DNA of 64,000 nucleotides from Auanema rhodensis (taxonomy: Eukaryota > Animalia > Nematoda): the NCBI GenBank assembly GCA_964057225.1, contig OZ059896.1, forward strand, positions 11,408,001 to 11,472,000, in the 5' to 3' direction. Numbering within the stretch: position 1 is the first letter of the stretch; each line of letters opens with the position of its first letter. Below are positions 14,177 to 25,177 of this stretch, piece by piece. Both the position numbers and the translations under genes were made by a program. The notes under the pieces are model-generated. The model saw only the letters and a list, made by a program, of their open reading frames with translations. It had not been told where the DNA came from and searched no databases.

Positions 14177-14940
14177 GATGGAACTCATATCGAAGGTTAA
14201 TTCGATAAGATATATTTTATATATTTATTTTTTTTTTGTTTACATTGTTTGCAGATTGTGTTTATTATAGTTTATAATTATTAATTTAACTTTTAAAAAG
14301 TCTGTTGTTTATGTAGGCAAACCATTTTGTTCACCGTACCTCTTATGGGTAAATCAATGGAACACATATCGAAAGTTAATTCGATAAGAACGATATGAAA
14401 TACAAAAGTTAATGAAACACATATCGAAGGTTAATTCGATAAGAACGATATGAAATACAAAATTCAATGGAACACATATCGAAGGTTAATTCGATAAGAT
14501 CGTTAAAACAGGTGCGCTGACCCACACATGTACCACATGGCAATAGTTTTGTTCATAAAAATATGATAAATAGCTGTACAGCACAAGTATCCATAACGCT
14601 AAAGAATACTTACTATGCCAAGGGGTCATGGGTATATAGTTTTTAGTATCAAAAATGTTAATGGAACACATATCGAATATCAATTCGATAAGATTGGTGA
14701 AACAGATACGTTGACCTACAATGAACCAAATGGCAAAGCACTTGTTCATTAAAGTATAACAAATAGCTGTATAGCATATGCATCAAGATTTCTAATATTC
14801 TCAAATTACGTGGAAAGAAGAGTATATAGAAAAAGTTTTAGTGTGTATATTACTAATATTCTAATACACTAACTCAATGGAACACATATCGAAGATTAAT
14901 TTAATAAGATTGTTGAAACAGGTGCGCTGACCACAACAAC
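14177..14940. repeat. Palindromic subterminal repeats ATGGAACACATATCGAA-N6-TTCGATAAGA, 6 copies in A
   Basis: Copies at about 14177, 14356, 14411, 14466, 14660 and 14876. Confidence 0.85.
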
Positions 14941-15140
14941 ACATGCGTATTTATTAACAACGGATTGGTAACTGTCACTGTTGACAGCTGTAATATGATA
15001 CAATGTTGAGTGTTGGCAACATTGTTACGTGACAATAAAACAACTGACTGTTCTTGCAATGAAGTGTAATATAAATGTGTAAAATGAAATATGGATAACT
15101 ACCTCTCAGAGTTTGCATAATTTTATTCTAACAAGATACA

Positions 15141-18100
15141 ATGGCTGCTAACAGGTTGTGTTTTTTCCTATCTTTTTTTTAAAATTAAAATATTTATTTT
15201 CAGTTATAAGCGTGTATGTGAAGAGTTGGGGTTCGATTATGAGGAAATTTATCAACTCAGGTAATTTAACAATATTTTTAAAATATACATCTTTGTTTTT
15301 TTAGTAAGCGCATAAAGCTTACCGAGAGTGGTGGTGTTGAGCTCTGCGACCCCGCAATAACCACTTCCAATAGTGGTCCCTCGTCATCGAGGGTTATTGA
15401 AGTTATCACCTTGGATGACAGCGATAATGAGTAAGCTATCATATGATGAAAAAGCATGAAATTTTTTTTTCAGAGAATGGAATCCCGAGATACCATCAAC
15501 TAGTGGAGAACAATTAGGAGGCGGTTCATCCTTCAACGATATTTGTCAAATAAAGGTACGAGCTTTTAAACTTTTTTTTTTTTCATGTTACAATTCTTTT
15601 CACTCTATATCTTTTATTTGATTACATATCTTGAGCAATTTTAAATTCTGCCATCTATTTTTAAACAAATCATCATACATTTGGTGACTTTTTGAAAAAT
15701 AAAATAAAATCTTATCCCAAATCCATGCCATAATATCATTTATTAAATTTTTATTCATTAAAATACACTTAAATTTAAATATTTTGATGCTCAAAAACTG
15801 ACACATTTAAATATTTTGTATTTTCTAAACCATTTCACTTCATCTCTTTTATTTAATTTCATATTTTAAACAATTTTAAATTTTTACCACTACTTTATAA
15901 TTTTTATTTATTAAACTTTTTAATCATTAAATTACACTTAAATTTAAATATTTTGATGCGCAAAAACAGAAACATTTAAATATTTTGTTTTTTCTAAACC
16001 ATTTCACTCCATCTATTTTAAACAATTTTATATTTCTACCACTATTTCATAATTTCATTTTTTAAATTTTTAATCATTAAAAAAAAAAACATTTAAATTT
16101 CAATATTGTGATGCTCAAAAACTGAAACATGAAATTGATTTATATTTTCTAAGCCATTTCACTTCATCTCTTTTATTTAATCACATATCTTGAACAAATT
16201 TAAATTTCTATCACTTTTTCATAATTTCGTTTATTAAATTTTTAATCACTAAAAAACATTTAAATTTCAATATTGTGATGCTCAAAAACTGAAACATTTA
16301 AATATTTTGTATTTTCTAAACCATTTCACTTCATCTCTTTTATTTATATATATTTTAAACAATTTTATAATTCTACTATTATTTAATTTTTATTTATTAA
16401 ATTTTTAAACATTAAAAAAAAAATTGATGCTCAAAAACTGAAACATTTAAATATTTTGTATTTTTCTAATCGTTTTGAAACAAACTAAACATATATTTGA
16501 AAACATTTCAATTAAATAAAAAATAACGACTATAACAAACAAAGAGACATAATAATTTTAAGCAAAAGATGAAACAATTCATATATATTCTTAAAACTAT
16601 TTTTATTTAAACTTTAAAAAAAAAAAATAAAAAAAAGCATGTAAACTGTTATAAATGTTGTTTATTATAGTGGTCACACCGGCGCATAAAACGCACCGGT
16701 CGTTTTACCAACGTGGTCGTTCGATCGCTCACGTTCCCACACTTGGAAAATGTTGATGAACCAATGCATGTTATCATGCCGCGGTTATTCAACGAATTCC
16801 TTGATCGTTGTCTTGCTGAAAGCGGTGTGCCTGATAATTTTTCTGTTTATCAATTGAGCACCCTTCCTTTGAAAAGGGCTCCATATTTATGGACTTTCGT
16901 AGAAGGGAGCATCTGGATGGCGTAGCCATTATGAATGCCATCAGCAAGGTGCAGCAATCAAAACGAGAGGCTGTGATCAGCCAGGCAATGAATATTGAGA
17001 TGTATGTGTTTGATGAAAGGCCAGCGCAGCCAAGCCTGATGCCTGGTGAAGGTAGAGTCGGGTTTTATTTTGACCCCGAACTCAAAATACCTGGAACAAT
17101 TGCCAACACTGACTCACATTGTCTGGCTAGATCAGCAGTTGTGGGAATGTGGAAAGCTGACGAGCTGGCCACTGAAGATGGCGATGAGAAGCGAAGGCTG
17201 CAAAACCTTCGTCGCAATTACATCTTATTGCCAAATCAGCCACACCATATCAATTTATTAAATAGGTGTGGTATTTCTGTAGATTTACCAAATTATAATT
17301 TAATTCATTTAAACATTATTGCCAGCTGTAATACAAACTATAAGTTTGTAGTATATGCTAGACCGCCTGGACAGCGTATGTACACTATCCAGAAAATATT
17401 TAATGAAGCGGCTAGCAAATTGGTAACACTAGGTTACCGAAATAATCACTATGATTGTATTACAGCTGGTAGTCGTTCGAAAATTTTTGATGGTATTATA
17501 TGTCAACACTGTAAGTTATCTTACAATACAGTGTTGCATAGATGTAAAGCCAAATGTAAAACATGCCACACCTATAATTGTAATGCGATGGGGAATGTGG
17601 TTGAGAGTAGCGTGAGGTGTGATAGTTGTAGAGTTTTGTTTAAAACTCAACAATGCTTCATTAGGCATTTGCGAAAAGCCTGCCGAAAATTCAAGGTATT
17701 TTGTGAAAATTTAAAGTTGTACATAACAAGCTTAAATTCAGACATGTGTGGCGTGTGATCACTATCACATGGTCCGTGCTGATAGACCGCACAATTGCAA
17801 TGGAAAATTCTGCAAAAAGTGCGGTCAGACAAAGCCTGAAGAGCACTCTTGTTGTTGGGTTCCACCTAACGACAAGAAGAAGGCTCAGCTAAAAAAGAAG
17901 CAAGAAAAGTTCAAGGTTTGTATTTAACATCTTTACAAGTGTAATGCTTACTTGTTTAAGATTATATTTTATGACTTTGAAACAGTTGTGTTAAAAAACG
18001 GCACAAATGTTCATGAATATGCAGATGAACAATGGCCCAATATGGTTGTGTATAACAAATTTTGTGAAAGTTGTATAGATGCCAATTCCTGTGAGAAATG

Positions 18101-19075
18101 CACAACCAAGGAGGGCCATTTTGGGTACCAACAAGGTGATAGTGAATGGTCTGTAACAGATCGTTTCCTTGATTGGTTACTCAACTTTTCTGAGAATGAT
18201 AATGCAATTTTGATTGCGCACAACGGGTCGCGCTTTGACATACATTTCTTGGTGTCTAGGCTGATAAACCGTGGAATATATCCTGACCCCATTTTAAATG
18301 GGACCAAGATTATTAGCATGGTTGTCAAGCCATTAAGAGGTCAAAACATTAACCATTTATATTTTAAAGATAGTTATTTACTAGTGCCTTTACCCTTATC
18401 AGCGTTACCCAAGGCATTTGGTGTACCTGATATGAGTAAAGGACAATTCCCATACCTCTTTAACCACCCAATAAATTATGGCAAAGTGCTACCATCCTTG
18501 CCGCCAAAGCATTACTATTGTACTGCTAGAATGAAAGCCGAAGACCTAGCTTCATTCAATGTTTGGTATGAGGAGCGTAATCAAAGTGTGTTTGATTTTG
18601 ATGAGGAGCTTCTGGAATATTGTAGGACAGATGTCCGTATTTTAACCAACTGTATGAAAGTGTACATGAAGTTGGCCACCGCCACCACTGGCTGGAATCC
18701 TGTCATACAATGTATGACATTTGCCAGTTTCTCTTTATTCCAGGCAAGTTTTTTAAAATACAAGCATTTTCAAAACTAGTATATTACAGTTGAAAATGAA
18801 CCACATTAAAGAGAACCAAGTGGGTATTCTGCCTGAGACTGGTTATTATGCCGGCCAGAAGCAGAGTATAATTGCCATAAAATACATAAAATGGCTAGAA
18901 CACGGATTAGGCCGCCCATTAATGCATAAGCTTAATGGTGGTGAATTTGTTGTGAGAGTAGATGGCCAACGCTATCTACTTGATGCTTATGACAGTGTGG
19001 CTAATCACGGCTATGAGGTGAGTAATTTGTAATAAATGTAAAAAAAATGAAAAATTTTGTAGTTTAATGGCTGTA
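15141..19075 (+). pseudogene. pPolB of element A, 5' part (exons 1-9)
   Basis: Near-identical to the D copy, with a net 10-bp deletion at about 16838 (frameshift). Cut by element B in the NGC codons. Confidence 0.9.
15760..16470. repeat. About 165-bp degenerate tandem repeat inside pPolB intron 4 (subfamily A)
   Basis: Recurring gatgctcaaaaactgaaacatttaaatattttg: 5 units in A, 4 units in D (53620-54170). Confidence 0.8.
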
Positions 19076-20015
19076 AGTAGAGAGCCGTGCAAAATTTACT
19101 AACCACGCCCCCAAACAGCTGTCAAAAACATACTTTTGGGGGCGTCAGCTGCTAAAAACATACTTTTGGGGCGCGTCAGCTGTCAAAAACATATTTTTGA
19201 GCGTCAGCTGTTAAAATCATATTTTAGGATCATGGTTCATGGATTTTCCTTTTTTAAATATAAAAGTCATGATTTAAAGCATGATTTTTTTTTTTTTTGA
19301 TTTTTTTTTTTAATTTTTTTTTTTTTTTTAAATCAAATTTAAATATGCTTTTTCAAATGTATGTATATATTTTCAATTATTTTTAAATATATTAAGTAAA
19401 AATAAAAATCTTAATTTTAAATATTTAAATTATATTTAAATTTTATATATATATAAATTTTATTTAAACTTTAATTATTTAAATTATATTTAAATTTTAT
19501 ATATATAAATTATATTTAAACTTTAAATTTTATATATAAATTATATTTAAATTTTAAATATATAAATTTGTTTTTAAATTTTATTTATTTCTTTATTATA
19601 TTTATTAATAATGTTTGTTTACTTATTTTGTTTATTTTTTATTGTATTGTGTTTGTATTGTTTTTATTTTAAAGATCAATAAAATTTTTGCATGTAGATA
19701 ATTTTGTTCACCGTACTTGTTATGGGTAATTCAATGGAACACATATCGAAAGTTAATTCGATAAGAACGATATGAAATACCAAAATTTAATGGAACACAT
19801 ATCGAAGGTTAATTCGATAAGAACGACATTAAATTATTAATTTTTGAAATTGCGAATTGTTATTAATTATATTTATTCTAACAAGTAAAGGCTTCAAATT
19901 ATAATAAAAGATTAGTTTTAAACTTTATTTTACTAATATAACAATACAATAACTAAATAGAGCACACATTGAAGGTAAATACAATAAGATTAACAAACAG
20001 TTGCGCTGACCTCAA
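19076..20015 (+). repeat. Left TIR of element B
   Basis: Reverse complement of 33737-34828 up to ttgcgctgacctcaa. Confidence 0.92.
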
Positions 20016-20648
20016 CGCCAGGCATATCGATGGTTAATAAACAGTAATAACTGCACTGTGGGGGTTTAAATATAGTATAATCATTTTAACATTTCAAAAG
20101 TTTTAGTTTCGTAATATAATCATTATTAAATATTAAAGAATGAAATATTTTTTACATATAAAACGTTGGCAGTCATATGTTTTGTGATACAATATGGGTT
20201 TAAAAGTATACTATGATTAATATATGAGCTATTAAGCAAAGTTTAAAAAGCGTAAATGTTTTACAGAGATGGCTGTTGTTTATGGCACAAACGGTAAAAA
20301 TAATGTTTAAAGAGATGTAAAAACTAATTAATATGCAGATTGTTTACAGGTTCAGAGTGCGCCAACTGCTGGCAACTGTCGATGAGATGAGTATATCTGC
20401 ATAAATATGCTGTAAAATCTAATTAATAAAAGAATTTCATCAGCAAACTTGATTGTAACACAATGGGTTGTACTTTACAAAGATCTTTGTATAAAAGGTT
20501 GGCAATTTTGCTACATTTACATTTCAGCTCTGCCGACTATCCGAGGATCCGACGTTTCACCATCTCCTGCCACTCTTTGCCAATCGCCATAGACTGCTCC
20601 TCTCTGCAAGTTTGCCTTATATTTTAGAAAGTTGGATCTTTAGCGGAA

Positions 20649-21234
20649 ATGAAGCGTGCTGTACTTGCTGATGTGACAAATGTTGTGCGCAAATCGCCTG
20701 AACCTGAAGTACCACGACCACCCACACCAGCACCAAATTTCACAAGTTTTGGTATGAACCTTAACTTGTCTTTTTTAAATCTTTAATTTAGATTCACCAA
20801 TAAAGCAGATGGAGATTCTGAGAGAGAGCACTCCACCAAGGAGTGTATTAATGAGACCAATTTGTCTCTGCAAAACTTGTAGGGAATCATTGCAGGTTAT
20901 AGACGAGTATCACTGTTTCAGCCTCTGTATAAAGTGTAGAGGAAGGAATGATGCGTTGGGTCTTTTGAAGGAGTTTCGTCACTATAAGCCCGAAAAGTTC
21001 TCTATTAATGTAAGCTTGCATATTTATTTATTTTCAATTTTATATTTTTTTTAGATGCGCTCTTATAACACCATGACGTGCAAGCAATTGTTGAACAATA
21101 TGGGCTATATTGTTATATATGCAGATGAGGCTACTGTAAAGACTTTTGGTTATAAGCAGAATGTATTCTACTTTAAACTAAGTCCTGAAGCACTCAACCT
21201 GAACATGTTTATCCGCTTTGATCCTTCATTTTGA
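20649..21234 (+). CDS. Spliced 166-aa protein with D-box-like motif, SP/TP sites and Cys/His cluster (element B)
   Basis: Exons 20649-20751, 20792-21009 and 21055-21234 join in frame; a homolog with the same introns occurs in A. Confidence 0.75.
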
Positions 21235-21529
21235 CTACAACAAGCACAAATAGTACAATTGGCGTTTTATTCTTGTTTTGTTATGTGGCATTTTTATATT
21301 CTCAGCCGTAACATTTTTTTTTTCCAGCTCTTGCGAATATCCATCAATGGCTCATCAATTGAGGACGAATGATCAACCAACTGGTAAGAATTTGAAAATT
21401 TGAATAGTCTACATTTTTTTTTTCCAGGTTGAATTGTTGTTTGTATTTTGCTGGTTTTTTATTGTTACATTATGCGATATATCAAATAAATCATTTATTA
21501 TAATTACAATTGTTTATAACATTGAAAAA

Positions 21530-22597
21530 TTATACATTTAAATTTTCTGCATCTATCCATTCATTAAAGTTGTCGGGATATCCACTCCATTTTACAAATA
21601 CTTGACGTTTACCGCTTCGAGTACGCTCTTTTAAAACTTTTTCTATATAGTACTGGTTGCTTTTATTAGTAGCCAAGACAAGTTCAGGTTCGTAGAATAT
21701 TCCCTTTATACGTTCACCATTATAATCTACAAGTTTATACACGGTTGGGTTTCCGGTTACAACCTCATCAATTGTGAACAGCTCCATTGTATATCCAGAC
21801 TCGTAGCTTTTTTCAAAAGTACGCCTATGTTTGCTTATGCGAACAGTATCACCAATTTTAAAGCGGCTTTTAACAGTTGGTGCATATTCTTCAATGAATA
21901 TATTTGCTTTAACATCAATGGGCCGCATTTTTATGGAGCGGTTATAAGATTTGTTTATTCCTTCAACCAAATCATCTAAGATATCAATCCATCGATGATT
22001 ATTCTTGTAATAGAGATATTTCATCATGCGTGTTTTTAAAGTTCTATTTGCTCGCTCCACCATTGCAGCCTTTTGAGGTGAACTTGTAGATCCGTGCAGT
22101 ATGGCAAACTTTTTGAATAGTTTTTCACAATGACTATTATAAAACTCTGTGCCATTATCAGTAATCAACTGAATTGGTATAAAATTCTTGAATAAATTTT
22201 CAAATGCACTAGCAACCTCTATACCACCTTTAGTTTTCAAAGGCCTAACATATAACATGCGTGTATAAACATCAATCATGGTCAACATGTAAGCATAGCC
22301 GTCGTTTAATTTTTTATATTTTTGCATATCAACCAAATCTGCTTGCACTGTTAGAAATCGACCACATCCTCTAGTCTTTCTAGTCTGCATACGCATTCTG
22401 GTTGGTTTATGTCGTGTAAAAGTTTCAGAATCTTGCAAAAAATCATCAACTTGTACCTTTGAAATGCCATGTTTTCGTGCTTGCGATAATAAATTCTTGG
22501 CTGATGTATATGAAGCTGGGTGTTTTATATCGTAATAAATGCTCGCCAAAATATCATTTCCATAATCTAATGTAGAACCTTTTACGACCTTGGCCAT
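21530..22597 (-). CDS. Retroviral-type (rve) DDE integrase with C-terminal chromodomain (B)
   Basis: QADL..IDVYTR..TDNGTEF..VERANRTLK; YYIEKVL..VKWSGYP..NEWI. Confidence 0.95.
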   Translation of the reverse strand: MAKVVKGSTLDYGNDILASIYYDIKHPASYTSAKNLLSQARKHGISKVQVDDFLQDSETFTRHKPTRMRMQTRKTRGCGRFLTVQADLVDMQKYKKLNDGYAYMLTMIDVYTRMLYVRPLKTKGGIEVASAFENLFKNFIPIQLITDNGTEFYNSHCEKLFKKFAILHGSTSSPQKAAMVERANRTLKTRMMKYLYYKNNHRWIDILDDLVEGINKSYNRSIKMRPIDVKANIFIEEYAPTVKSRFKIGDTVRISKHRRTFEKSYESGYTMELFTIDEVVTGNPTVYKLVDYNGERIKGIFYEPELVLATNKSNQYYIEKVLKERTRSGKRQVFVKWSGYPDNFNEWIDAENLNV

Positions 22598-23270
22598 TCT
22601 GTGAGTCTCCTTCTTGTGGTGTGTAATATGATTCGGCGGCAGTATCAAAAGTCTTTGACCTTTTACTTTTGAGTGTACGAACCGGTGATGGTGAATATCT
22701 AATAACAGCTTTACGATGACGAGGCGTTCTAGGTAATATAGTAGAGTCCAAGTCTGTAACAGCCGGTTCAGCTCTAGTTACAACGTCAACTGAATCATTG
22801 TCAGCCGACTCTCTTCTAGTTTGTTTCTTGTTAGAACTTGGTACGCCTTTACTGGCTAAAAACTTTGACAAAACTGAAAATCCATTGGGCTCCGTTTTTG
22901 TTTTATCCAATACAAAATCTAAAATTTTTGTAATATTCGTGTTTGGTACAGCCTCATTATTAATCACAAGTTGGTTATTCTTGTTTGTGCGCACCTCTGG
23001 AAATTTCTCCCACAAATTGTTATACTTTCTTGGCAACTTGTATTCTGGCAATAGAGGTGGATCAGCATTTTCCACTTGTACTGATATGGGCGCATCTATA
23101 CTTTCTCTATAGTTTTTGAGACGAGCAATCAAGTCTTCGTATAGTTCAGCCTTTTTATAGTCGGGTATAGCTCTATTTTCTCGTAAAAGCTTGAGCTCTG
23201 CATCAAACTTGTCTATATTAACTGTTTCCTCGTCGACAGGAATTAGTCGATATTTATGGTTGAGCTTCAT
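22554..23270 (-). CDS. Conserved Polinton hypothetical protein, 238 aa (C-terminal QNGQG..W)
   Basis: ORF conserved in A; starts KYRLIP; overlaps the integrase start. Confidence 0.8.
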   Translation of the reverse strand: MKLNHKYRLIPVDEETVNIDKFDAELKLLRENRAIPDYKKAELYEDLIARLKNYRESIDAPISVQVENADPPLLPEYKLPRKYNNLWEKFPEVRTNKNNQLVINNEAVPNTNITKILDFVLDKTKTEPNGFSVLSKFLASKGVPSSNKKQTRRESADNDSVDVVTRAEPAVTDLDSTILPRTPRHRKAVIRYSPSPVRTLKSKRSKTFDTAAESYYTPQEGDSQNGQGRKRFYIRLWK

Positions 23271-23575
23271 GATTTAAAACCAAAATAGGCAATACCACAT
23301 GTAACTATTGTTTTCAATTGTTTGTGTGAAAGCGTTGCCAATAATGATTTAGCCTTTTCCGGTGTGCGTATCAAAGCTATTTGACGTAATAATGAAGATA
23401 TGGGCAAGAGGGTTTTATATTCCTTGTTAGTTAAAAGAAAATTATTATTTTTCACAATATTAAATACAATTTCAACAATAATTTCAATTTGTGCAAAAGA
23501 AAATGAGGAAACAGAACAAGGAGTTTTGGCGCAAGAAGACAAAAAGTTGAAATTTGACAAAATACGACCACTCAT
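23267..23575 (-). CDS. Conserved Polinton hypothetical protein, 102 aa
   Basis: Near-identical ORF in A (41411-41719); ATGA overlap with the next gene. Confidence 0.8.
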   Translation of the reverse strand: MSGRILSNFNFLSSCAKTPCSVSSFSFAQIEIIVEIVFNIVKNNNFLLTNKEYKTLLPISSLLRQIALIRTPEKAKSLLATLSHKQLKTIVTCGIAYFGFKS

Positions 23576-23587
23576 TGAACAAGCACT

Positions 23588-24235
23588 TTAAACACTAAAC
23601 ACATTTCTGGCAACATAAACAATAGGGTTCTCCGCTGTTATATCAGATAGTATACGCTGCTTCTCACTTGTTAAAGGATGATTGTCAATCAGTAAATGAC
23701 TATAGGGAGTAGACATTGCATCATCATACGCCTCTAGAGCATTTTTGAAACGTGGCCCAAATAATTGCTGCAGACAATTACGTATTTGTAATATATCTGA
23801 ATGACTTTTCATCAGTATTATATATGTACTATTGATTCGACTGGTCCTGTCCAGTTGAAATGCCGCTTGCACAAGATTAAACACTGCCAAATTCCAGTGA
23901 TGAGCCCATACTGTAAAAATGTTGTTGAGTAATTCCTTTGCTGCTTTATTCGATGAAAAAAAGTTCATCAAATCATCCAGCACTAGTATAGTATTTACTC
24001 CCTTTTGTTCTTTTATCAAATCAGGATCAGGAGGCCCTTGAATAATTATTAAACGCTCATCATTTATTGGTACACCTGACGATGACCCACATTGACTGAA
24101 CCAGAATATTCTATCAATGGGGACGTTGAAAAACTTTTCAGTATTTTCACATATGTGCTTTATGAGGGTTGTTTTACCGCATTGGGTAGCACCTATTACA
24201 GTTGTCTGACTGGGTAGTTTGAAGCTGAAAACCAT
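23588..24235 (-). CDS. A32/FtsK-HerA-like DNA packaging ATPase (B)
   Basis: Walker A GATQCGKT, Walker B ILVLDD, and RINSTYIIL. Confidence 0.93.
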   Translation of the reverse strand: MVFSFKLPSQTTVIGATQCGKTTLIKHICENTEKFFNVPIDRIFWFSQCGSSSGVPINDERLIIIQGPPDPDLIKEQKGVNTILVLDDLMNFFSSNKAAKELLNNIFTVWAHHWNLAVFNLVQAAFQLDRTSRINSTYIILMKSHSDILQIRNCLQQLFGPRFKNALEAYDDAMSTPYSHLLIDNHPLTSEKQRILSDITAENPIVYVARNVFSV

Positions 24236-24314
24236 AATCAACCACTCGTAAATGTACCTAAAATGCAAATGATTTCATTTGCAATAGTGTACACGTATCA
24301 AGTGGTGGTTTGTC

Positions 24315-25172
24315 ATGGATGATTTTTACATTACTCTTCCATCATCAGTTGACTCTGAAAAAAGTAATACATCATCAGTGTTTCTTACCAGATTACCTGA
24401 AACACTAAGGCTACGCAATAATAGATATTGCATTGGGCTGACAGACATCATTTTTCCTTGTTCTATATTAAATGTTCAAAAAGATTTATCTTATACACTA
24501 CGTTTTTCCAATAGAAAATTTATTCTACACTTGCCTAAAGGCAACTATGCAAATGGTGATGAAATAATACGCGGAATCAATGCTGGAAGAGAATCATTTA
24601 TCGCCAACAATACAAAGCCTCTTGGCGCTGAGGAAGAAGCACGTATAAAAAGTTTAATAGATAAAGATGAAGATGTAAAAAAATGGTATAATAATCGCCA
24701 GGCTGAGGCTAAGCTAGTGGAGGAAATGCTCGCAGACGCCACATTTCAGTTTAACAAAACATTGCAGCGCATAGAGTTTGTAACAAGCAAGCGACTATTA
24801 ATGAATGCAACGCTTGGTGATGATTTTGCATATTTTCTTGGTTTTGAAAATAAAAACATCAACGATACAATAATAGCCAGGCGTCCCATTGATTTTTCAA
24901 ATAACATTAATACAATGTATATATATTGTGATATTGTAGAATATTCCATTCTTGGTAATGTGAAAGCTAATTTACTTGCATGTTTGCCTGTACCACCTCC
25001 TACTGAATTTGGTAAAATGATTGCCAAAACATTTAATCCTATTCGTTATGTACCAATCACTAGACAAACACTCGATACCATACGTATTGAAATTTTAGAT
25101 GAATTTGGTCGTCCTATGCAATTTAATTACGGTTCTACAGTTGTTACATTGCATGTTAAAAATATGAAATAA
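24315..25172 (+). CDS. Minor capsid protein (penton) (B)
   Basis: FYITLPS..NT.S.F.TRLP; YIYCDIVE..GNVKANLL; FNPIRYVP; I.D.FGR..F..G..VVTLH, as in Polinton pentons. Confidence 0.88.
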   Translation: MDDFYITLPSSVDSEKSNTSSVFLTRLPETLRLRNNRYCIGLTDIIFPCSILNVQKDLSYTLRFSNRKFILHLPKGNYANGDEIIRGINAGRESFIANNTKPLGAEEEARIKSLIDKDEDVKKWYNNRQAEAKLVEEMLADATFQFNKTLQRIEFVTSKRLLMNATLGDDFAYFLGFENKNINDTIIARRPIDFSNNINTMYIYCDIVEYSILGNVKANLLACLPVPPPTEFGKMIAKTFNPIRYVPITRQTLDTIRIEILDEFGRPMQFNYGSTVVTLHVKNMK

Positions 25173-25177
25173 ACGTT

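Noticed and set aside
14177-14940. CRISPR-like array (about 33-bp palindromic repeat with intervening sequence)
   Set aside because: The intervening segments are homologous to each other and irregular in length, there are no cas genes, and the context is a eukaryotic element terminus.
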